A DNA stretch of 63,875 nt, counting the filler, from Corallochytrium limacisporum Hawaii (Eukaryota > Protista > Pluriformea): assembly GCA_002811645.1 (NCBI GenBank). It is 6 parts of 6 records of this genome, joined end to end, with 100 filler letters (N's around TTAATTAATTAA, not from the genome) between each part and the next. Parts side by side here need not be neighbours in the genome. Positions count along the whole stretch, not along the records: positions 43,119 to 51,688 come from PDIP01000051.1; positions 51,789 to 59,523 come from PDIP01000008.1; 4 more parts are not named here. One strand, given 5' to 3'. Positions 47,554 to 59,242 of this stretch are shown here, piece by piece. The notes beneath the pieces are model-generated. The model worked only from the letters and a program-made list of their open reading frames with translations, was not told the origin of the DNA and made no database searches. Within the stretch, counting starts at the first letter, position 1. Every line of letters starts with the position of its first letter. Position numbers and translations under genes: made by a program.

Positions 47554-48942
47554 TTAAGCCTTTTCTGCATACGCGGCTTCGGTTGCCTGACCCGGGATAT
47601 AATCGAGAGCCACTTCCTTCTTCTCGGGCAAATCGGTTGGAGACTGTGCCTTCTTCTGCGCACGGGCCAGGTCAATGGAGCGCTGCAGATGGGGGAAGAT
47701 GAGAGCAACAAATACACAGCTGAGGAAGCAGAATGCGGCATAGATCAGATATGTGGGACCACCAATCGCGTTCAGCATGGGATCAACAGATTGAGTTACA
47801 GCGAAAGCCAAGAGATAGTTCAGAATGCCGGTAGTAGCAGCACCAACCTGGTGAGGCTCGAAGTACTCACCTACAACAGACCACGGGACCGGACCCAGAC
47901 CCATGTTGAATGAGAATAGGAAAATGAAGATGGCAGCGATAGCCAAGCCAGGTGCGTGAGCAGTGAAATTGTCATCGCCACCATTGCCCAGATTCTTGCC
48001 CTTGAACGGATCCTCGTCCTGGATGAAGGAGAAGGCGGCCAACATGATCAGAGATGCCATCATACCAAATGAAGAGGTGAAGAGAAGAATCTTCTTTCCG
48101 ATCCTGTCAACAATGAAGAGACTGATGACTCCAGATGCCAGCTGGACGACTGTGGTCCACACAGAGATGACATCGGGGTCACCAAGGTCAGCAATGTCAG
48201 TAATCGGGCCAACAAAGAAGATGACAACGTTGATACCAGACAGCTGTTGGAAGGCCATGAGGGCATAGCTCACAATGTACGGAGCATACAACTGTTGTGC
48301 TGCATCATCACCACTACGCATGGAAAGCACCTTCTCAGGAAGAGGAGGAGCGGGCACAAAGAAATAGAACACAACCAGGCTTGCAATGGAAGTCCCGGCA
48401 GCGGCCCATCCCAGAACCAACAGATCGCCGCCAGCAAGGGAGAAAACGTTAATCAACAGAATACCAACGCCAATTCCAACCTGTACAACGAATCCAAAAG
48501 CACCTTCATGTCCTTCAGGAGCTGCATCATTAAGGAACAGTGGAGTGCAAACAGTGGTAGCACCAAGACCCAGACCAGTCAGGATTCGACCGAGCAACAG
48601 AACTCCGTATGAAGGAGCAACAGCCTGGAGGATGTAGCCCAAAATCATGATAAAAGAGGTAAAGACCTGACCACGGTAGGGACCATAGTGGCGAGTATAA
48701 AATCCAGCAAGTCCAGCACCTACAGCACCGGCCAGGGAAAGAGAACCAGAGTAAGTGCTTTGCTCGAATCCACTGAGATTGAACTTATCAGTCACTTCCT
48801 GCAGGACTGGATTACTGAATCCAAGACAGTAACCAGCAACCACTGTCGCGAGACCAGCTGCGATGCAGGGGAAGACATACCTAGTTGCCTTGTCAGGGAA
48901 AGTTCTCTTAAAAGGCTCAAAAGGTGCATATACATTAACCAT
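47554..48942 (-). CDS. MFS sugar porter (GLUT8/Tret1-like hexose transporter)
   Basis: First ATG at 48942. About 12 TM segments with motifs LLLGRILTGLGLG, AFQQLSGINVVIFF, VDRIGKKILL, FNMGLGPVPWSVVGEYF. Confidence 0.93.
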   Translation of the reverse strand: MVNVYAPFEPFKRTFPDKATRYVFPCIAAGLATVVAGYCLGFSNPVLQEVTDKFNLSGFEQSTYSGSLSLAGAVGAGLAGFYTRHYGPYRGQVFTSFIMILGYILQAVAPSYGVLLLGRILTGLGLGATTVCTPLFLNDAAPEGHEGAFGFVVQVGIGVGILLINVFSLAGGDLLVLGWAAAGTSIASLVVFYFFVPAPPLPEKVLSMRSGDDAAQQLYAPYIVSYALMAFQQLSGINVVIFFVGPITDIADLGDPDVISVWTTVVQLASGVISLFIVDRIGKKILLFTSSFGMMASLIMLAAFSFIQDEDPFKGKNLGNGGDDNFTAHAPGLAIAAIFIFLFSFNMGLGPVPWSVVGEYFEPHQVGAATTGILNYLLAFAVTQSVDPMLNAIGGPTYLIYAAFCFLSCVFVALIFPHLQRSIDLARAQKKAQSPTDLPEKKEVALDYIPGQATEAAYAEKA

Positions 48943-49283
48943 TTTGTATGACTGCAATTGTTGATATGGACAGAAGGATCTGTTGATCTCGAATGCCGTA
49001 GCTCTCTATTTGGAGAATTCTACTCCTTTTATACCTTTGATGATCAGTTCCCCTTCTTTGATTGATCATCCCTGTCAACGGAGACGCACCATAAAGGAAT
49101 TCATTGGTAAGGTAGACAAAATAAATGAGTGTGAATGCATGAACAACGTTTGCACAAATGCGTAAGACCTCTCCTTCAATCGACTTCTGAGGCGCCACCG
49201 CTACCGCCCCTTTCCCCTCCCCACCTTGTGTCCTTTCCCCTCGTCCCATTTTCTCGTGCGTCCTCCAACGAACATTTATGTTT

Positions 49284-49346
49284 TCTACACACCGGCCCCA
49301 ATCCGCTCTACACACCGGCCCCAATCCGCTCTACACACCGGCCCCA
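49284..49346. repeat. 23-bp tandem repeat (TCTACACACCGGCCCCAATCCGC), 2 full copies + 1 partial
   Basis: Direct head-to-tail copies at 49284, 49307 and 49330. Confidence 0.9.
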
Positions 49347-51599
49347 CCTGTTCTACACAGTGGGACCCCGCACCTGTCCGTGTCCGCTGCTTCCTCGTGG
49401 CCATAACTAGTACTTAAAGGCTCAGTGGACATCACTCATACCGACCATCCCGAATTGGTGCAACAGATTTAGAGATAGCTGGTCATCTTCTCTGAGAATG
49501 AAGAACTTTCCAAGGGAACCCAATACCAATGGTAGTGTGTCGAAGCAAAATGTTTGTAGGAAGTTTATTTGATTGCTTGTTGCACAATACCAACTACCAA
49601 TGTTTCGGTACCCAGTATATAAGGTATTACCAAGAATGACCGTGCCTTGGAACGACTCACATCGATGACTATGGATATGCCTACGACAAGTTCACACAGA
49701 CATGACCTATTGGGGCTCCACACAGCAGTGTGGCAAAGAGAGCGCCCGTGTGACCCACAAGTTTGTATACTTAGGGCTTCTATGAGTCTCGCAATGTCTT
49801 ATAGAACTATCTTGTGTTCATAACGCAGTCAAGGCTCAAGGCCTTCCCACTATTGAAAGGCTCCACTCTCGACTCTCTGTCCGTTTCTGTCGACTATATG
49901 ACTCTGCAAACTTTCGTACCAGTATCTCTGGTTCCGGGATCCAGGTCAGTGAACAATGCAGGCGTCTGACTCGAAGCCTTACATTGGCTCGATTGAGAGA
50001 TGGCACCTATTCCATCATGAAGGCCTTGGGTAGTGAAGAGGGTACTGTTGCAAGTCATTCATGCGCGGTCTTTCATTGACCACATGGGTAGTTCGATAAT
50101 TTAATGAGTTTTCTTCATATTTTCATATTAAACATACTACGATTTACGCACGTATGGTATATCTCTCCGTAGTCCAACACCCACATATGATAATTCCCTC
50201 CCTCTATGAATCACCGATTGTCTGTCTCCTCATGAGGTAAGGCTGGGATGACAGTAGTTTGAAATTTGAATCCGATGACTCTCCCAGGTTTTTGTACGCA
50301 GAATCAACCGGTCCAGTTGGAACCCGCTTCAATGACTCGATAAACACTGCGCGGTCTGTATTTCTGTGCCACATGTGCACATTCTCGCTCTCGTCAAAGT
50401 ATGCACATTTTTGCTTCACGGCGTAATGAGAGAGCCCCGGGGCGGCTGGAATGAAGATAACCTTTTGGCTGGCGGCTCCCGGGGCATGGACCCCGGCTTT
50501 GCAATGGCCAATAACGACAGGTTAAGCTTTTCCGTTCCAAAGAGCTCGGCATCGGGCGATGTCGACTGGCTCTTTTGGTCCGCAGCTGCAGGCGGGGAAA
50601 ACCAGTCTGCTTCCAGACATCACTTGCAGGGCCTATTAAAGACGTTGGACTTTCCTCGGCCGAATGCGAAAATGGGGACAACCGACGTTCCAATATCAAG
50701 TCAGAAAACCTAATCGATGTATTTCTCTTTACAAACGGCTCCAGGAACATATCCGCGTTCAGACCAGCTGCCTTTGCATATTTAAGTCGCGGTAACGCCC
50801 ATCATATTCATCGTAATGTACGTAGCTGACGATAATCCAACAGTGTGCACTTCCTGGAACCGGTGACTTTTCCTCCCAATTTCATTTTCATGTTTGTTCT
50901 TACGGTAGAGCAGTGCTCCCGGAGTGCCAGATCATTGGTATGGCACGTTGCGTACCAAGCTGTGAAGCTCGCGGATGGCGTTTGTAGTTTCTTCCCGATG
51001 GAGGGCACTTTAAGCATTGTTTCCGACCATAATCGTAGCAATGTTTGGAAATGTACTTTGGACTTTCTCTACAAGAAACCATGTCTTACATGATGTCCAT
51101 GCTTGGACATCTGTGGAGTACGATGTTTTATTTCATTCCAACGTTGAGGGTTATCTGCGTTGGAATCTGATGGGCGTTCCAGACTGGGAATTTTCGGAAC
51201 TTCTTTCAAACATTCTGTAACTGAGATCTTGTTTGGCGTTTTGTGCACAAGATAATGAGTAACGTCAAACGGTAGTCATTGGCAATGGCGCCACTTCGGG
51301 TTCAAAATGTACATAATAATACTCCGATGCTGCTTTGGTCATCGCTGATTATACCATGTATCTATGCAGTTAAAGTGGATGTCTAGACCCTAAGCAGGGG
51401 TAGAAACTAACCCCCCAGTGGATGTTTTCTATGTCCTCCTATGGTTTCCAGTATTTGTAACTCCACGGGTAAAGTGCTCAGGGTGCACGTCACTGTTTGT
51501 GTCCATTAGCGGAGTCTATTTCCGGAAGCTGAATGTGACCATATCCGATGCTGTACAACCGCATGCAGCCATACTTTCAAATGGTTGTCGTACCAACTA

Positions 51600-51923
51600 C
51601 CAACCTCTGCCCCATAAGTTAAGGAGGAATCTGCCTAAAAACATGCACCGTAATATAAGGAGGGAGATTCTGATTTTTTCTCCATTTCNNNNNNNNNNNN
51701 NNNNNNNNNNNNNNNNNNNNNNNNNNNNNNNNTTAATTAATTAANNNNNNNNNNNNNNNNNNNNNNNNNNNNNNNNNNNNNNNNNNNNGGACTGAAAATT
51801 GGCTCGGGGATAGAGTCGGCTACGCTGAGTTTGAACGCGCAAAATGTTTCCCGCCACAGCGGTCGGGATTCGAATGAATGTGATTTGAATAGATTCGGTC
51901 TAATATTATGAGACAGAGGGTGG
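51600..51923. mobile_element. Stowaway/mariner-like MITE (subfamily B right end; degenerate left end), spans a gap
   Basis: Right end ...TAATATTATGAGACAGAGGGTGG|TA (51924-51925). Degenerate left end TA|CCAACCTCTGCCCCATAAG...GAATCT at 51598 (27/36 matches to the 42941 terminus). Confidence 0.7.
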
Positions 51924-52907
51924 TATTCGAGATCTGGTCAGAACGGGCAACCAAATTCTTCAGAGATACGTCATCCGCCACGGTGTCAAAGACCGAATAT
52001 ATAGTACATTTTGTATAGTACGCGATAAACTGTCGACTGCACCCACTCTGTCCGAGAGGTGGGGCAAGGTAGTGAAGTTCTCGCACAACCCGGAATGATT
52101 GGTTCCGGGCCATGGTCTACCCGGAGCAAAAAGTCAATAGTGAATATAGGGACGGTTCTGTGCGGTCGATGTGTGAGCGAACGATTGCACACGAGAGAAG
52201 GGGCGGGAGATAGATGAGACACACGGGACACCCACTGTCTACGACACCAAAGGGAAGGCTAGGCGAAGCGGAACTTGTCCCGCCCACCTTTTTTTTTCCC
52301 GGAGAGCCCAAGGCACCAGGGGTGAGGGGTGGCACCCCCCCCCACCTCCCGCTCCCCTTCCCTTCCATTCCGCAGCTCGTACTGCTCAGTACTTGCCTTA
52401 TTCTGCCGAACCTTGCGGAGATCGGAGAGATTTTTCAGAGAGCAGGGCCCGGAGAGAGAGCGGGGAGGGGGGGCGGCCGAGAGAGCGAGCGGGTGAAGGG
52501 GGGAGGTGGTGACTGTTTGGTACCCAGTGCTTGGGGAGGGTAGGAAGGTGTACTCTGACATGGGTCAGCATTACTGCGGAGTCTGGGGAGTAAAGGAGAG
52601 AGCCCCGGAACCCTTGTCAAACCTGTCGCTTGCGCTTCGCTTCCTACGCTGCTTGATACGTGGACAAGAAGAGCAAAAGACACATAGACTTCCTGCAGCT
52701 ATTTGTGAACAAATACGGCAACCGCAGTAGCTAACCTGGAAGAAATCCCAAACCCGTTCGGGTAGAGCGACAACATTTATGGCCATTCTTTTTGCCTGGT
52801 AGAAATTTCTTATGCTACAAAAGCGCATTTTTTTTGCTAGAGAGAGCGCGTGATTAGTTTTTGTTAAAGAAAATTACAAATCCGGATAGGCTACAACACA
52901 ATACAGA

Positions 52908-53573
52908 ATGGGTAAGTGGGTTGAGAAAAACTATGAGCTGGAGCTCCTGCGCAAGATCAAGGTGATCTTCGCGGACGTACAACAGAAACTTGGTGACGAC
53001 AGCTCGTCTTCAGTCACTTTTGAAAACTTTGTAGAAGGGTTTGACGAAAAGGACAAGTTCACCCGCCGTCTCTTTGAATTTTTGGTCAAGGAAACCACGG
53101 GTCGACACCGTCTCAACGGGCGGGTAATGCGCAGTCTCAGGGTCTCAGCCCCTTTTGTGGCCGAGCATGGAATCGTCGATTTGCGCCCAAACTCTAGGCG
53201 TCGCCGCGTGGTACACTCAAATCCTTGGGTTCAGACTGTTAACAATGTGGAGAATCCCATGGATTTGTACCCGCGGGCGCTCGTCCGTGACGCGATTTCT
53301 AGGGACATTAGTGAGAGCATTGCCATGGCTGCCACGGAAGCTTCGAGGAATTCTGACGAAAACAGCTCCAATGAGGACCGCACCGAAGAACATGATCGCA
53401 GAATTCGCACTCAGGCTGTGACTTACATAGCTCCCCCGACAGGCAGCGGGTCCATGAATACTGAGCAACGCAACAGTCAGGATAGCGCGGAAAGCACACA
53501 GGGACGGTGGTCATTATTGGACGATGCTCTGTTGCATTCATCGATACAACCACCTGGTCATTCTCGTCGGTAG
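52908..53573 (+). CDS. Uncharacterised protein; helical N-terminal domain and disordered C-terminus
   Basis: 221-aa ATG-initiated ORF after an A-rich leader, with protein-like amphipathic N-terminus MGKWVEKNYELELLRKIK...TFENFVEGFDEKDKFTRRLFEFLVKE. Confidence 0.7.
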   Translation: MGKWVEKNYELELLRKIKVIFADVQQKLGDDSSSSVTFENFVEGFDEKDKFTRRLFEFLVKETTGRHRLNGRVMRSLRVSAPFVAEHGIVDLRPNSRRRRVVHSNPWVQTVNNVENPMDLYPRALVRDAISRDISESIAMAATEASRNSDENSSNEDRTEEHDRRIRTQAVTYIAPPTGSGSMNTEQRNSQDSAESTQGRWSLLDDALLHSSIQPPGHSRR

Positions 53574-56500
53574 TAGCGGGCGGTGCACTTCCTATTTATA
53601 CAACAAAACCAAAACGCACACCGAGAACAGCCGTGCGAAGCGAATCAGAGAAGAACCAAAACAAATCAACGCAACACGGTGGAAAGTCAAATATCAGGTT
53701 AAAGAACAATAACAGTCGATCACGATGCGAGAATGTAGACCCCTACGATCTGATGGAAGAAGGTAGGCTTGGCATCATCCTCATCTATCGACGATCGTTA
53801 TAGTGGAAGGTAGACCGGGTCCTTTAAAGTGGCACTCTTCCCATCATCATCCAAGAACATATCAAGAACACACCTATTCCTACGTTGTCCATCGAATATA
53901 GACAGTATAAGCAAAGCGTATAAAACAGAAGCGGTGTACACATAGTGGGAAATGGAGATCCACCCAGTCCGTTTCATGATGATCATGGTGCCCAACGTCC
54001 GTGCGCACTCACCTGGGTACGACGCGTAAGTCGTGCATTCACGTCGTCAACCACACTGCACGACAGGGCCCATATAACTGAACCCTAATTATTTGCTAAT
54101 GACTTTGCCATGTGTAAAAATAGTCCGGATAAATAAATTACCCCCCCCCCACCGGCTGTACGCTTCCGTACCAGCATTTACTTGTTCATCCAATCTGCGG
54201 CTCTCCCCAACCTTTGTCTGTGATAGGGTGAGGCCCCGGGAAAGGGGTTTGGCCATTGAATGGAGAGCTCCTTGTACAACGTAGGCCACCATACTGGAGG
54301 TTGGTAATCTCGCGAAGAACGAGCGAGGTTGTCCATGTCAAAAAGATTTGTCATGCCTCCTATTAGGAGACGTGATTCCAAGGCGTTGCTGCGGGGCAAA
54401 CTTGGTGGCGGTCTCGTTGGTGTGGGTTGGTGGTATACGAATCGGTGGAACGTTACACGAAAGAGTAGACCCCACGCACGAGATGAAGCGCAGGGTATGT
54501 GAGCGGCTGTAAAGTGTTGATGTTCAACACGTCTTATTGGTTGGGTCTAAAAGGCCACTTAAACCCTTCTCCACTGGCCCTGGGCCATTGTAGGAAATCC
54601 GTTCATGGACCTCTTCCCAGTAGGCTTGCATGGTGTGGCACTCGAGTTTGGTCTCTAGGCCACTGCACAACGCTGGGAGCAAGAGCTATTGTTTCCCTCA
54701 GTTTACAGTGTTGTGATGTATGGATTCTTCAGCAGCACCAAAATGTACGAGGCTCATGCCACTGTTCAAAGGTTTCATATCCGTTTTGTATCGCCAAGAG
54801 ATGCTCGAAGGATCTTGCTCAACAGCGACGCATTTCGAAACAGGAGGTGCGGTGCACAACTGTCAGTGGCGAATATCCTACTCTTCGCTGTCTACTCGCG
54901 TCTGTCCTTTCACTTCCTAAATGAGCACATGCAATTGTCGCTGTACAACTTTTCCTAGCAGATCGAGCTTTATCGAAACTGCGTCCCCGACCATCCACCC
55001 ATTCCGCGTGTTAGAATGCCGGCACATACCAAATCCATTAAAGCGCGCAGTATCGTCCTGGCATTGGTGCGCAATGTCCCGAAGACTCTCCCCTCCACCG
55101 AACCCGTCTCATATCTATGACGATGATCACACTCTACCTATCTCTGGTCCTTATCGTTCATCCCATCCCGAGATCCAGCAAGCTTTGACAGGAGCCCCCT
55201 ACTCATACAAACATACCATGGTGTACAGTCCTTTCTTACATTCTCGGTTCCGAGCAAGAACCACATCTGCCCCTACATGGCCTACCTTTGCATTGGCCAA
55301 ATGCTCGTGAAGTCCCCACGCTCGTTTGGGCACCCTGCTCACTGCTCGTGATTTTTTTTTTCATTCATTTGCTACTGAACGAGGGCTCAAAGACCTGCAC
55401 TTTGTACGCAGATTCAATTCCAACCCCTTCCCCACGGCGCGGATCCGCATGGCAACCGTCCCTAGGCAGGGGCGATTCTCCTCCAGAAGCAGGATTAAAA
55501 AAGGGGAGAACCTATGTTGCAATGTGTCCCCAAAACATGCTAGACGAGGGTCAGTTTAGGCAGGAAAGCCGTATCTTTTCACTAGCAGTGACCCAAATTC
55601 TCTTGACATAGTGGGAGTGGCTGCGGTGAAGCATTTTAGGGGAGGCTCAGTGCAAGAGGACACAGGAAAGGCAAGAAACCGTCACAAACCAAGATGACCG
55701 AAAACCCGTATGGAATGCACACAAGCTGTGATTGGAAGGCCAACTTAGAGCTGCTTTTTTAAAGAAGAAGCTACCCGACAGCAGCATGTCTGCATCTGAA
55801 AAGACCAAAATAGGCTTCATTAACGTATAGTCAGTGCACCTCTTTCACTGTGAAAGAATTGTTAGACATGCTGAAGTGCCGTGAACCACAAGACCCGAAA
55901 CTGTGGCTGCATGGTGGAGGGTGAACATGAACAGAGCTTTGTATTGCTTCGTTGGTAGAACTGAATGGCTGGGGTTGGCTTTGAGCCTTTCGTGCGTCTG
56001 GCGGCAAGTGAAAGGATTTTATCGAAGTGCACTACAATGTAAATATGGATCGCAACTCCGTAAACTGTCGACTTGTAAACAGTGTTTCTATTTCCATTCC
56101 CTGCCACCCGGCCAATGTACTTTCCAAGGGCTGCGGGCCAAAAAGCGGGGTGGGCCAGCGAGGTCCGGAGGGTGGGGGAAAAGCAGCAACTCGCAAGGAG
56201 GGAATCATTCGGGAGAGAGAGAAGGGGGGATGAGAACCGACTGAGCACGGTGCGTAGAGCGTAAAGGAAAATTCCTGTCTTGAACGTGGGTTTCTGTGTT
56301 TGGTTTTCTTCCAATTTCTTCGACCCCACACATGCACACGGACCATCAATCCTTATGCCATCATCGAATACCGTAATATCTTCGCACAACCAGTAATAAC
56401 AGTCTAGACTGCGTGCAGAGTTCGGAGGCCGAAAGAGGACCGAATGGACAGAGATGAGCACCTAAGCGTGCTCATCCCTAAATGTTCCAACAACAGTCTC

Positions 56501-56952
56501 TCCATCAGAGTGCTGGTTTGATTCTTCTTTTCTCTAGGGACCCTTTAACCGACATAGCTCTTGGACACGCGCGCCTGGGCTACGGGTGCAGTTACAGTTC
56601 TGTTTGAATGTGTTCGGAGCGTTGACGGTTTCGTCAAAATGGTGTTTCAAGGATCCCATTGGCATTTCCGATAGGTGTCTTCGCTCTCATTTCTAAACAG
56701 TGGCCATCTCTTGTGTAGCTGCGAGGAAATCTAGCAGACAAGTACGTACGAGTAGTTTTTGGTGAGGGAAACTTTCCGACAGAGATTAGCATTACATTGA
56801 GGCATATATACTAATTGTGCTCTGAAAGAGTTCGGCGGCTAACCTGCCCACGAGACAGGTCTAACCCGCGGCAAAACAGGGACAAGAGTGTAGATCTAGC
56901 ACTCGAAGCTTTGGATAGCACATAATATCGAACGTACATAACTAATATAACC

Positions 56953-58782
56953 ATGACAGTCGTTGCTCAGGTCCCCAGCACTGTCCGGGACATGCTGAAG
57001 AATGACCCAATGGCGGTCAAGAACAAAGCTAGCCAGCGAAGTGCGACACGGATCGGTTACTATGAAGTGGAGAATCAATGCATCGGTGAAGGTAACTTTG
57101 CTAAGGTCAAGCTAGCCAAGCATATTTTGACAGGAGAAAAGGTGGCCATCAAGGTAATTGACAAGACCAAACTTGATAAGACTAGTGCTCGCAAGCTCTT
57201 CCGCGAAGTCCGCATCATGAAGATGCTGAACCATCCGAATGTTGTCAAACTCTACGAAGTCATTGACACTACGAAAGAGCTGTTCCTGGTGTTGGAGTAT
57301 TGCAGCGGTGGTGAGGTCTTTGATTACCTCGTGGCTCACGGAAAGATGAAAGAAAGGGATGCACGCAAGTACTTTCGCCAGATCCTTGCCGGTGTGGCAT
57401 ACTGCCACTCAATGCATGTAATTCACCGAGATTTGAAAGCGGAGAACTTGCTGCTGGACGCAGATATGAATATCAAGGTTGCTGACTTTGGATTCTCAAA
57501 TAATTTTGAATGGGACGGCAAGTTGAACACCTGGTGTGGATCTCCGCCCTATGCTGCACCTGAACTATTCCAGGGCAAAGAATATGTCGGACCTGAGGTT
57601 GATATCTGGTCATTGGGTGTCATTCTGTATGTTCTAAGCTGTGGATCGCTGCCCTTTGATGGCGATACCCTGAGCAAGTTACGTGCCCGTGTAGTTGCCG
57701 GAAAGTTCAAAATTCCCTTCTATATGAGCACAGACTGCGAGCGTCTAATCAAGAGCATGCTGGTTACTGACAACAGCAAGCGTCTGTCCATGAAGCAGCT
57801 GCTAGCTGAAAAATGGGTGAACCATGGCTACGATGAACCCATTGCCCACGAGGTGAAGAACCTGCCCGAAGCCGATGAGGAGGCTGTAATTGCCCACATG
57901 GAGAAGATGGGCATTCATCGGACTTCAATCGAGCAGTCTTTACGTGACGGTGCTTACGACTATATTGGAGCCACATACTTCCTGATCTCCCAGCAGTTTG
58001 TCAAAGATGGCAAGGTAGTCATGCGTAGCTCGACCTCTGTCCCTGGGTCCGAGGAGAATCTGCGCAGGAGCCGAGATAGCTCGGGACGGCCCTCCAAAGG
58101 GGGCACTGCGGCGACTCCCAAGCTGATGCGCAAGCAGATGGCAGAAAAAGTGGCTGGGTACCGAGCGACTGTCCAAGAACAAAAGAAGGACGTCGTAGCC
58201 GCTCTGGAGAACAAGGGCAGTGTTAGTTCGCGTCGCCGTGCCACAATCAGTGCCTCCGCGGACCAGCCCGCCGTTCCCGTTCTTGACCCCAGTGTGGCGG
58301 CCCTGGGGGCGGTGCACAGCGCAGTCACTGCCGCGAAATCCGAGGAACGTCCCCGTCGGAGACGTGCCACCACTGTGTCTGATGCCGTTCAGAATGGGAC
58401 CTCAAATGGGCGCCGGGCTTCTGCTACTGTGGATTCCGTGACCCTGACCAAGCAAAGCACGGATAGCAAGCCTTCTAAAGGATCTGGATCAAAACTAGAG
58501 CCCCGCGCCTTACGCTTCAGCTTTTCAGTGTCCACGACCAGTGGTAAGGATGCCTTCGAGATCGTTCGTGAGATTAAGCGTGTGCTCGATGAGCGGTCAA
58601 TCCAGTGGCAGCAGCAGAACCCCTTCTTGCTCATGTGCACTAGAGACAAGTTGCAATTTGAGATTGAGGTTTGCCGCTTGCCTAGGCTGAGTCTGAACGG
58701 TCTACGCATCAAGCGCTACGCCGGCGACTCATGGACATACAAAAACACATGCACGGAACTCATTGCTGCCATGAACCTGTGA
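56953..58782 (+). CDS. MARK: AMPK-related Ser/Thr kinase, MARK/PAR-1 architecture (kinase-UBA-KA1)
   Basis: GEGNFAKVKLA, VAIK, HRDLKAENLLLD, DFG, TWCGSPPYAAPE; UBA-like segment; KA1 EPRALRFSFS...FEIEVCRLPRLSLNGLRIKRYAG. Confidence 0.93.
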   Translation: MTVVAQVPSTVRDMLKNDPMAVKNKASQRSATRIGYYEVENQCIGEGNFAKVKLAKHILTGEKVAIKVIDKTKLDKTSARKLFREVRIMKMLNHPNVVKLYEVIDTTKELFLVLEYCSGGEVFDYLVAHGKMKERDARKYFRQILAGVAYCHSMHVIHRDLKAENLLLDADMNIKVADFGFSNNFEWDGKLNTWCGSPPYAAPELFQGKEYVGPEVDIWSLGVILYVLSCGSLPFDGDTLSKLRARVVAGKFKIPFYMSTDCERLIKSMLVTDNSKRLSMKQLLAEKWVNHGYDEPIAHEVKNLPEADEEAVIAHMEKMGIHRTSIEQSLRDGAYDYIGATYFLISQQFVKDGKVVMRSSTSVPGSEENLRRSRDSSGRPSKGGTAATPKLMRKQMAEKVAGYRATVQEQKKDVVAALENKGSVSSRRRATISASADQPAVPVLDPSVAALGAVHSAVTAAKSEERPRRRRATTVSDAVQNGTSNGRRASATVDSVTLTKQSTDSKPSKGSGSKLEPRALRFSFSVSTTSGKDAFEIVREIKRVLDERSIQWQQQNPFLLMCTRDKLQFEIEVCRLPRLSLNGLRIKRYAGDSWTYKNTCTELIAAMNL

Positions 58783-59242
58783 ATTATTCCTGTTTACCAT
58801 GAATTGCGTTCCTTCCTAACTAAAAACCCAAGGAGGGATTTACCGCCTCGCCCGCTTGCGACGAGAGGTGCACAATGCAAGTGCGCCTAACAGGAACCCA
58901 GAGGTCCGACCCCACACTCTCAGTACGGAAAGGTTCTAACTTTCCCTTTATTGTCACAGTACACACTCACACACATTCACAAACCATCCATCCATAAGAG
59001 TCAAAGATTACCCCTTACTTGTTCCCAGACTGTCGGTGCTCCCCCTGTTTCGCAAGGCAGTACTTAGGCCTTTAACACGGGCCAATCATGTCTTCCCCAC
59101 GCACCCAGTGCAAAGGGGAACCCCTCCTCGCTCTCTCCCCCCCCTCCACTCCCGGCGCAGTCCTTTTTCCCTCCCATTAAAAATAGTCAGTATATAAATT
59201 AACGATGCTCTAGGACCACCCCGGCAGTGGCGAAGCGTGGTA

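Noticed and set aside
49284-49346. 23-bp repeats as a CRISPR array
   Set aside because: Head-to-tail copies without spacers, in a eukaryotic context.
53700-56900. Scattered ORFs upstream of the kinase
   Set aside because: No recognisable homology on either strand; treated as intergenic or UTR.
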